From: Eledone cirrhosa
Taxonomy: Eukaryota
Assembly: GCA_964016885.1 (NCBI GenBank)
Contig: OZ024742.1
Span: forward strand, 262,756,001-262,820,000
Direction: 5' to 3'
DNA: 64,000 bases
Shown: positions 11,552 through 23,520 of the stretch, piece after piece
Numbering within the stretch: the first letter of the stretch is position 1
Layout of the letters: each line of letters begins with the position of its first letter
Position numbers and translations under genes: made by a program
Notes under the pieces: model-generated
Database searches by the model: none
Told to the model about the DNA's origin: nothing
Seen by the model: only the letters and a program-made list of their open reading frames with translations

Positions 11552-14500
11552 CTATAAAAGATATATGAAAAAAGAAAAAAATTACTAAAAGAATAAAAAT
11601 TAAAAGAAAGGAAAATAATTTCACATCATGTTTAACATAAATCTATAACTAATTTTCAAATAGGTACACTGTATACTTGCATGTTATAAGAGATAAGTCA
11701 AAAGGTTGGTATCAAAAACATTGCCTCAAAAACAACCCCATGTCATGAAGACTGCAAGGCTAATGGTTGCTTTAGAGGGGAAAATGGCATTAAAACACTT
11801 GTTGCTACTGTTGTTACCTAACAATGGCTGAGATAGAGTTTGTAAATTTGGTCATTTGCATTCAGTTGGAGCAAATGCTCTTCTTATTTCTAATCACTCA
11901 AGAGTGGAAACTTTTGCCAGTCAAGCAGACAGACTTAAACAAAGTAGAGGTTGAGGTTCTAGATTTATGTCTGGTCAGTAACTTAATGCTTTGCCAGTCA
12001 TAAACATAAGGAATATCTCTTAATTTTGTAACTGGATCTTGTTCCAGTTCTACCAAGAACTGTGTCAGATTTTACAGTGTAGTATAGAGCAGTCTCCCAT
12101 GTGTGTTTTAACCCTTTAGCATTTAAACTGGCCATATCCAGCCAGAATTCGCTCACCTCTTTTTATTCAAACTGGCCATAACCTACTGCTTATACCAGTG
12201 ATTAGGTATTGTTCTCAATGTAAGTAACATCAAAATCTCATAGCTTCGATATTATGTGAAGTAATTGGAAGATGATGGAAATGGGAGGAAAAAATTCTCA
12301 CTTGAAATGAAATGACAAGAAATAATACATTTCTTAACTGTTGTCTAAATTGAACTGGGAAAACTTATTCATTGGTAATGAAAATACTAATCACCAGACA
12401 CAGTAGTAATTCACTGAAGATGAAAATATTACACACCAGACATATTAATTCACTCAAGATCAAAATACTATACAGACATAGTACCTCACTGACGATGAAA
12501 ATATTGTGCACCAGATACATAAATCTAAGTCAGACTAGCATATACAGTTAGAAATCTCTGTCTCTCTCTCTCTCACACACATAAAATCACCATATTAGAC
12601 CAACAACAATGCTGCCTCAATATAGTCAATGCTAATAGTTAAGAGAAATATTCTAAGAAAAGTAAAAAGAAATTGCTTACAGGTGTCCAAAATACGTGAC
12701 AGATGTGCACAAGGAGTTACAAAAACAATTAAATCTAGGTAAGGTAAGACTAACAAAATTTTCAACAGAAAATGTGCACATGAAATATCTCTGGTAAATA
12801 TATATCAAAATAGTAAAGGAAGATAATAAATAAAATCTACTAACATTGAAAGCTTTCAAGCGACCAGCACCTTTCATCTGATTCCTTTTAAACTTTTTAA
12901 TGCAGTGTGTAGCATTATCCCTAAAATAAAAAAAAAACAAAACAAAAAAGTTCAAATATTAGTTTTGTTAATGTGAACACATAAAAAGTACAAGGGAAAA
13001 ACCATCAAAAACATTGCTTCCTTGGTCCAATTTGACAAGTTCCACCTCACTTGGTAAGCAAGTGAGGTCTGGGATTTTGTCAACCATTTCAATCAATCAA
13101 CTTCTCTGCACATTTTATATTCATCATCATCATCATTTTATGTCTATGTTCCACACTGGCATAGGTTGGATAGGCTGCCACATTTCAAGATAAGACAGAC
13201 AGATTAGAATGACTGATTTTATTCATTACATTCTATATGTGGCATGGTTTCTATGGCTGAATGCTCTTCCTAATGCCAACCACCTTACAGGATGTACTGG
13301 GTGCTTTATTCATGACACTAACACTACCACTTTACAGAGTGGACTGGATGCATTTTATCAAGGTACCAATATTAACACTTTATATGGTATGCTTCTATAT
13401 ATACATGTGTATATCATCTTCATCACCGTTTAACATTCATCTTCCATGCTAGCATAGGTTGGACGGTTTTGTCCCACTTGAGACAAGAATGGTCCGGTGA
13501 CTGTGTCTTTCTTGTACAGAAGTGTTTCTGGCAGGTTTTCTATGGTTGGATGCCCTTCTTAACACTAACCACATTTACAGTGTGGACTGGGAGACTTTTT
13601 ACCGTGTCTCTTACACAACCACTTTACAGTGTGGACTGGGAGCCTTTTTACCGTGTCTCTTACACAACCACTTTACAGTGTGGACTGGGAGCCTTTTTAC
13701 CGTGTCTCTTACACAACCACTTTACAGTGTGGACTGGGAGACTTTTTACCGTGTCTCTTACACAACCACTTTACAGTGTGGACTGGGAGACTTTTTACTG
13801 TGTCTCTTACACAACCACTTTACAGTGTGGACTGGGAACCTTTTTACCGTGTCTCTTACACAACCACTTTACAGTGTGGACTGGGAGCCTTTTTACCGTG
13901 TCTCTTACACAACCACTTTACAGTGTGGACTGGGAGCCTTTTTACCGTGTCTCTTACACAACCACTTTACAGTATGGACTGGGAGCCTTTTTACCGTGTC
14001 TCCTACACAACCACTTTACAGTGTGAACTGGGAGCCTTTTTACCGTGTCTCTTACACAACCACTTTACAGTGTGAACTGGGAGCCTTTTTACCGTGTCTC
14101 CTACACAACCACTTTACAGTGTGGACTGGGAGCCTTTTTACTGAGTCTCTTACACAACCACTTTACAGTGTGGACTGGGAGCCTTTTTACTGAGTCTCTT
14201 ACACAACCACTTTACAGTGTGGACTGGGAGCCTTTTTACTGAGTCTCTTACACAACCACTTTACAGTGTGGACTGGGAGCCTTTTTACTGAGTCTCTTAC
14301 ACAACCACTTTACAGTGTGGACTGGGAGCCTTTTTACCGTGTCTCTTACACAACCACTTTACAGTGTGGACTGGGAGCCTTTTTACCGTGTCTCCTACAC
14401 AACCACTTTACAGTGTGAACTGGGAGCCTTTTTACCGTGTCTCTTACACAACCACTTTACAGTGTGAACTGGGAGCCTTTTTACCGTGTCTCCTACACAA

Positions 14501-17500
14501 CCACTTTACAGTGTGGACTGGGAGCCTTTTTACTGAGTCTCTTACACAACCACTTTACAGTGTGGACTGGGAGCCTTTTTACTGAGTCTCTTACACAACC
14601 ACTTTACAGTGTGGACTGGGAGCCTTTTTACTGAGTCTCTTACACAACCACTTTACAGTGTGGACTGGGAGCCTTTTTACCGTGTCTCTTACACAACCAC
14701 TTTACAGTGTGGACTGGGAGCCTTTTTACCGTGTCTCCTACACAACCACTTTACAGTGTGAACTGGGAGCCTTTTTACCGTGTCTCTTACACAACCACTT
14801 TACAGTGTGAACTGGGAGCCTTTTTACCGTGTCTCCTACACAACCACTTTACAGTGTGGACTGGGAGCCTTTTTACTGAGTCTCTTACACAACCACTTTA
14901 CAGTGTGGACTGGGAGCCTTTTTACTGAGTCTCTTACACAACCACTTTACAGTGTGGACTGGGAGCCTTTTTACTGAGTCTCTTACACAACCACTTTACA
15001 GTGTGGACTGGGAGACTTTTTACCATGTCTCTTACACAACCACTTTACAGTGTGGACTGGGAGCCTTTTTACTGAGTCTCTTACACAACCACTTTACAGT
15101 GTGGACTGGGAGACTTTTTACCGTGTCTCTTACACAACCACTTTACAGTGTGGACTGGGAGCCTTTTTACTGAGTCTCTTACACAACCACTTTACAGTGT
15201 GGACTGGGAGCCTTTTTACCGTGTCTCTTACACAACCACTTTACAGTGTGGACTGGGAGCCTTTTTACTGAGTCTCTTACACAACCACTTTACAGTGTGG
15301 ACTGGGAGCCTTTTTACCGTGTCTCCTACACAACCACTTTACAGTGTGAACTGGGAGCCTTTTTACCGTGTCTCTTACACAACCACTTTACAGTGTGAAC
15401 TGGGAGCCTTTTTACTGAGTCTCTTACACAACCACTTTACAGTGTGGACTGGGAGCCTTTTTACTGAGTCTCTTACACAACCACTTTACAGTGTGGACTG
15501 GGAGCCTTTTTACTGAGTCTCTTACACAACCACTTTACAGTGTGGACTGGGAGCCTTTTTACTGAGTCTCTTACACAACCACTTTACAGTGTGGACTGGG
15601 AGCCTTTTTACTGAGTCTCTTACACAACCACTTTACAGTGTGGACTGGGAGACTTTTTACCGTGTCTCTTACACAACCACTTTACAGTGTGGACTGGGAG
15701 CCTTTTTACTGAGTCTCTTACACAACCACTTTACAGTGTGGACTGGGAGCCTTTTTACCGAGTCTCTTACACAACCACTTTACAGTGTGGACTGGTGCTT
15801 TTTGTTGTGTCACCTACATGCCCACTTTACAGTGGACAGAAATGGGAGGATGGAGTAGAGTGTGTGGGGTGTATATTGGGTTAAGAGGTGCCTACTGACT
15901 GCAGGTTTAAGTTTGTATGCAAGAGAAGGCGAGTCATCAGTATAATTGCATAGCGCCAAAGATCTCGATCCAGTGACATTGTCTTAGAGAGGTGTAAGTG
16001 AGCAAGCTCAGCTTTTATCACCTATATATATATGTCCATATACATGTGTGTGGATACATATGTATGTGTGTATATATGTATATATACATATGCATATCTG
16101 TATGTGTGTATGCGTGTATATATGTGTGTATATGTAAGTGTATACGTGTGTACCTATATATGATATATATATATTTATGGAAGCCATTTCTATATGAAAC
16201 ACATATATAAGTGTATGTGTATGTATATATATGTGTGTATGCATGTATATAACTGTGTGTGTGTGTGTATATATGTGTGTACGAGGTTTGTCCAAAAAAT
16301 AAGAGTACTGATTTTCCTATATACAAGATAATAACGCAGCACCTCGTTGATTTATATAGCCATGTTGGTTATGACCTTGGCTGTATGTACATATTTGTTT
16401 CAATATGATCGATTGAGTCAGTTGTGAGTTATTCCTGTTTATGTACAAACATGTTTATAACTTCTGTTACATTTGCAATGCAGGAAAATATTGAACGGTA
16501 TGCGATCAAATTTTATGTGAAACTCAACAAATCTGCCACCAAAGCAGTTAATTCTTTAACACAAGCTTATGGAGATGCCACACTATCAAGAAATAAGCTG
16601 TTTAAGTGGCAAAAAGCTTTTAAAAGAGGGCCAAGAAAATGTTGAAGACGGGCCTCATTCTGAAAGGCCAATCTCGTCAACAAATGAACACAATGTGGTA
16701 GTGGTGTGAACAGTGATGGTGAAAGATTGCCGATTAAGTGCCAGGATGATTGAAGAAGAAACGGGTGTGGCTAAAAATGAAGTTCACCGAATTTTAACAG
16801 GTCATTTGTACACATGAAAAAATTGTACTAAACTAGTGCCCAAACACGTCTGTGGAGCAAAATGTGAACCAATTGGAAATTTGTCAGGATTTGCTAGAAA
16901 GACTTGAAATTGAGTCAAATTTCTTGGATAAAGTAATAACAGGAGATGAATCATGGGTGCTTGAATATGATCCAGAGACAAAACAGCAAAGTGAAGAGTG
17001 GTGCACAAAAAAATTCTCCTTGTCCGAAGAAAACACACATGAGCAGATCCAGGGTGAAATTGATGATTATCATTTTTTTCGACAGCCATTGTATAATTCA
17101 CAAAGAATTTTTACATCCAGGACAGACGTTAAACGCACCTTCTACAAAGAATTCTTGGTACAACTTTGAAAATGGATTCAGCCTGTCTAAAAGGATATTG
17201 CAGGAGATTGTGTGCTGCACCATGGTAACACACCTACACACAAAACACTTTCAATTAGAGAATTTCTGGTGAAGAAAACATTTCATTCTTTCACATCCTT
17301 CCTTCCACTCAAACTTAGCTCCGTGTGATTTCTACCTTTTCCCTAAGTTAAAATCGAAGTTTAATAGTCATCATTTTCGGACAGTGGAAAACACAAAAAA
17401 TTGTAACTGATGAGCTGACACTCACAGAAAGCGACTTCCACTACTGCTATGATCAATGCAAAACACATTGGAACCACTCTGTGACCTCCCTAGGGTTGTA

Positions 17501-20500
17501 TTATGAAGGAGATAACTTGTAATTTCATGTATGTATAATATACATTTAAATAAAATATCAGTACCATTACTTTTGGGACAAACCTTATATATGTATATGT
17601 GCATCTGTATATATATATGTGTGTGCATGTATATTTGCATGTATATGTATGAGTAAATATATATGTGTGAGGGTGTATGTGTGGCTATCCCTATCATCAT
17701 CATCGTTTAACGTCTATCTTCCATGCTAGCATGGGTTAGACGGGAATTATCCCATTTGAGGCAACATTGGTCAGGTGACCGTGTCTCGCTCATATAGGAC
17801 TATCTGGCAGGTTTTCTACGACAGGATGCCCTTCATAACACCAACCACATTTACAGTGTGGACTGGGAGCTTTTTACCATGTTACCTACACGGCCACATT
17901 ACAGCGTGGACTGTGTGTTTTTTTGTCGTCACATCTACATGACCTCATTAGTTTGGACTGGATGTTCTGTGGTACCAACATAGCTTTACAGAGAAAGGGT
18001 GGTGTTAGTGGGAGTGGGAGGATAGAGTAGGGGTAGTGGGTTAGGGTGTATATTTGGTTAAGAGGTGCCTACTGACTGTAGGTTTCGCTTTGTAGATAGG
18101 CAAGGTAGGTCTTCTGTATTACTGCATGGCGCCAAAGATCTCGGTCCAGTGACATTGTCTTAGAGAGGTGTAAGTGTGTACGGTCGGAATTTATCAAATC
18201 GTCCCAGGTTTTTCTGGGTCTGCCTACTCTGTAACTTCCATCAATTTTGATCGCCCTGCACTTTTTTATACAGCTGTCGTCTTTCATGCGCATCACGTGA
18301 CCATACCAACGTAGTCTTCTCTCAAGTAAACAGCATCTGATCCTCTTATTCCTAATTTCTCACTTAGTTCATTTATGTTCTGCCATACGCATATATTACT
18401 ATTACACATCCAACGGAGCATGCATGCTTCATTCCTTTCCAGTCTGCGCAGGTCCTCTGCACACAATGCCCATGTCTTACTGCCATGTAACATTGCTGTT
18501 CGTATACAGGCATCATACATCTGCTTTTCATTTTTAGAGAGGAACTTTTGTGGCCAACAGCAGTATAAGCTCTCTGAACTTTTTCCAGTATAGGACTGTC
18601 TGGCGGGTTTTCTACGGCTGGATGCCCTTCCTAACACCAACCACGTTTACAGTGTGGACTGGGAGGTTTTTACTGTGTTACCTACACGGCCACATTACAG
18701 CGTGGACTGTGTGTTTTTTTGTCGTGACACCTACACAACCTCATTTATTTAGGACTGGATGTTGTGGTACCAACATAACTTTACATCGAAAGGGGGTGGT
18801 GTGGATGGGGTGGGGGCAGTGGGACGGGGGTGTATTTTGGTAAGAGGTGCCTACTGGCTGTAGGTTTCACTTTGCACTTAGGCAAGGCAGGTCTTCTGTA
18901 TTACTGCGTAGCGCCAAAGATCTCGGTCCAGTGACATTGTCTTGGAGAGGTGTAAGTGTGTGAGGTCGGAATTTATCAAGTCGTCCCAGGTTTTTCTGGG
19001 TCTGCCTACTCCGTGGCTACCGTCTATTTTGATCGCCCTGTACTTTTTTATACAACTGTCGTCTTTCATGCGCATCACATGACCATACCAACGTAGTCTT
19101 CTCTCGAGTAAACAGCATCTAATCCCTCTTATTCCTAATTTCTCACTTAATTCATTTATGCTTTGTCGTTCACGTATATTACTATTACACATCCAACGGA
19201 GCATGCAAGCTTCATTCCTCTCCAGTCTGCGTAGATCCTCTGCACACAATGCCCAAGTCTCACTGCCATGTAACATTGCTGTTCGTATGCAAGCATCATA
19301 CAGCCTGCCTTTCATTTTTAGAGAGAAACCTTTAGCGGCCAATAGTGGTTTATACCACTATTGGCCGCTAAAGGTTTCTCTGAACTTTTTCCCTCCCGTT
19401 CCTTCTCTGGCTACTGTGCTTTCAAAACACCCTCCAGCACTGCTGATTTTGTCACCCAGGTAACGGAAGGTGTCCACTATTTCTATAGAACCATCTGGAC
19501 AATAGAAGGAGCTAGTATCCTGTGGGCACTTGCTACTTATTGCACCTGAGCATCGGCCACATATAAAATCTACATTCTTAGATAGCTCACCTGTGATCAC
19601 ACTACATCTTTGCATTTGGGACATAAAATGGAATTTCTACCTACTCATTTCCTACACACTGAGCACCTATTTTCGTTACTACATACTAGAACTTTAGTCT
19701 TAGACAAGTTAACTTTAAGTCCTTTTGATTGTAGGCCATGCTTCCATGTTTGGAATTTCTTCTTTAGTTCAGCCATAGATTCAGCTATGAGAGTTAGATC
19801 ATCTGTGTATAGAAGTTCTCATGGGCAGCCGCTCTTAAACTCCTCTGTTATAGCCTGAAGTGCAATAATAAATAGGAGGGAGCTAAGAACAGAGCCTTGA
19901 TGAACGCCAACTTTTATGCTAAATTCTTCACTATATTCATTGTTAATTCTAACCTTGCTGACTGTTTTTTTATACATGGCTTGTATAGCTCCCACATTCA
20001 TCTACACCTAGTTTTCTAAGAGCCCACCAGATAATAGAGCGAGGGACTCTGTCAAAGGCTTTCTCCAAGTCAACAAAAGCTAAGTAGAGGGGTTTACTTT
20101 TAGCTAGGTACTTCTCCTGTAGTTGTCGTACAAGGAAAAGAGCGTCTGTGGTATTTTTACCTGACACAAATCCAAACTGCATTTCATCTAGATCAATTCG
20201 ATCTCTGATTAGTTGTGCTATAACTCTTTCTGTGACCTTCATGACCTGGTCAACTAACTTAATGCCTCTATAGTTTCCCCTATCTAGAGCATCTCCTTTT
20301 ATATTTATGTATATGTATATTTCTATATATAAACTTTTTGAAGGAGGATAGCTAATTCATCTACTTCCCTCCACCCTAAACCTGAAGAAGCAGAGGTGGT
20401 AAAACACTCAGGTTGCACCTCCTGCCTTCCAGTACACTCTAGCAAGGCCCTAATGCCCTTCACCCTAAACCTGAAGAAGCAGAGAGATGGAACAACTTCC

Positions 20501-23461
20501 AAGTCTTCACCAGCTAGTATACTCCTGACTTCTTCACCCAACCCATGCTAGCATGGAAAGCTAAGAAGAACCTTGATTGACTCACCTTCCCTGCTGAACC
20601 CTTGCACCTGCAACACTTTCCCAACCTAGGAAGGCCTGACACACCCCCAAAATAATTGACACCACCCACTCAACCACTTGCTCCAAGCAGTATATAAATG
20701 TCCCCCTTTTTAAGCCACTAAAGGAAGCCAAACACACCACACAATATGTCAGACAGCATCCATTTCCTTCAAGGCAACCGTCCCCTTTCAACAGTGCAAT
20801 GCCTGTACCCCAGACTCATCCCACACCAATCCCACCCTCAACACAACCATGTACACGGAGCACTCTAGTGCTGTAATGAAGTAGAGCTTGTGTCACTACA
20901 AAATAGATTAACTACCACCTCACTGAGCAGACAGTCTGCTCAGTGAGGTTGTAGTGTTGGGACCACAATGAAAAACACTCAATCTACTCTGTAAGGTTGT
21001 AGTCCTGGAGTCACAACAAAATCTCCCAGTACATGCTGTAAAGTGGTTGGTGTTAGGAAGGGCATCCAATCATAGAAACCAAGCCATAACAAGATATACA
21101 AGCAGGACCTAGTCACCTGACTGGTCTAGCCTCACCACATGACAGCCATCTTACCCATTTAAGCATGAAAAATAGACAGGCAGTGGTGGGTGTGGGGGCG
21201 ATGATGATGATGAACAGATTTATTTCTATATACTATCTAACAAAAGTGACTTAATACAAATATTATACTATTAAAATGATGATGATATCCATACACTACA
21301 CTAGTCTATATAATATACTACATTACAACAACATACTACAACAGGCAAAAATTATATATAATACAATATTTAAGCCTACCAATCAATCTTCACTTCCATA
21401 TCTGAGAATGATGAAGTTGGTGTGTGTCTCTCTGATACTGGGGTTAACAAAAATTTGCCAACTGATGACTGGTAAGTCGTGTCTGATGATGGACGAGGTG
21501 TGAGAGCACACAAGTCACCAAATATGTCTTCTAGCTTATCTTCTGGGTTAAAATTTAAATTCTGAAAATAGATGAAATATTCAAAGAAACTAGGAGCTAA
21601 AAGGCTGTTTGATACAAAAGAACTGAGAGTCCTGAATATAATCAGTCAAACTGCTTGAAATAGTAGCCAAATCTCTTCAAACTTTACTCTAAATTCTTAA
21701 AACAGAAAAGGTACATTGGATAATGTAATTCATTGCCTGAAAAAAAAAGAAGAAAAAATAACAAAAATGATCATAACTGAAATGTCTTTGATAATAATTC
21801 TGCTGGAGTTGACCTGGGGCTAAACAACACCTACAATTTGAGTGACCTAAGTAGTTAATCTATTTTGTATATAAACACTATTAAAATATTTTCAAACATT
21901 ACATACTTGACTTTATAGGAGGATAGTGTAGATATTCTAAAAACTATGATACCCATGCTACTTTTGTAACCCAGTGTTTTGAAAAGGGAAGTGTACATTG
22001 AATAATATAATCCTAGTTACACTATGTCTGAAAGAAATACAAGATGGCTATGATTGGAAAGACTGTGATCAGAGGCTGACTGGGGCTAAACAAAATTAAG
22101 AACAATAATCATGCATTCATTTAGTATATATATCCAGAATAGTCTATCAAAGCTCATCCCTCATCTCTATGTTATTATATACATCCACAAAAAAAAATTC
22201 ATTCAATATATGATATTATACAGGTACACCACCAATTCTTTGTCCCCCCCCCCCTGCCCCTTATGGTTTTGCCAAATTAACAGAGGTCACATAATATTAT
22301 TTCAGATTAAATTCCTAAGAGATTGCCAACACATGAATAACTTTTTCACTAGCAAAACTTTACAACACACCTTTGTTTATGCCTTAAAACATATTATGAA
22401 GATGGAAACACTCCCCTTACACCTCAACTATAATAACAAAGGTGGCATTTGTTTTGACACTTGCACTGTGCGTGGTAGCCATAGGTAGGGATAATTTCAC
22501 CCTCTTATATATCACTCATTTTCTATTCACAAGCAAAAGCCACATATTGGGGTCAACTCAATCAAATCAAAACTTCTACACTAAAAAGAGTTAAAAAGAA
22601 ATTAAGAAAATAGGGTTCGATCTTATTCTGAAGAAATATTAATTACATTGGAACTTTTTTTCACATTTTCTGACTCAAAAAGTTCATCATCAAAATTGTG
22701 CTGTAACTCGTTGGTATCGACTTTGAGCTTGGGAGATTTTCCAGCGGATTTACCTGCAAAAATAAATTAATAATAAATAAATAACAAATTAATTAATTAA
22801 TTAATTAATTAAATAAATATAAATAAATATATACAAGAAATAAATTATAAATATATAAACAAAATAAAGTAAATATAATAAAGAAAAAAAAAAAGAAAAT
22901 TGATTGTAGCAATCAACCAAGATGAAGTTTGATAAAAATGATTGTCAATAACAGTGAATAGCAGTAGAGTATGATGGATGAGATGACATGAAAGAGTATC
23001 TAAGTAGAGGTAGTATGAGACCAGCCGGCTCTAAGGGACCATTGTCTGTGGGCTATAAGTCAGAGTGTGTTGAGGGAGTAACTTCATACCAATCAGTCAT
23101 GTGGTATTTTTTAGAATGTATTCTAGGATGTCTGTATATGTGTAGCAGCAGCACCATCCTAGATGGAGGAACAATGCCATCATCCAAACCACCACAAGGG
23201 AAGCCTCTAAGCATCACAGCCCTCAAGCTCTTTTGCCTCCCAAACTAGAGCTGATTCTTTTGGTCCCTTGTTAAAAATATCTCTACCAACTTGCAAAATC
23301 CCTTTCCAGTTCATTGGGATTCCTATCATCTACACATACATTCCAAATGCAAAAGTGCTTCAGGTCACTTCAAACCAAGAAGGCCACCAACACTGACAAT
23401 GTATCTTCCATTACCATTCAAAAGTACACTTTAGGGCCATCTCTTTACTCAACAAACTCTT

Positions 23462-23520
<59 letters not shown>

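Noticed and set aside
13567-15795. CRISPR-like array
   Set aside because: Units are contiguous near-identical 49-mers with no unique spacers, there are no cas genes, and the unit derives from the RTE 3' UTR.
13469-15884. Repetitive protein ORFs (YSVDWEPFYRVSYTTTLQCGLG...)
   Set aside because: These are by-products of a 49-bp unit cycling through all three frames; CTGAG variants introduce stops; no splice or start context.
15998-16326. Y/I/H/T/C/V-rich ORFs (also 10301-10724, 17422-17703, 62109-62230)
   Set aside because: Translations of (TA)n, (TG)n, (CATA)n and (CAT)n microsatellites.
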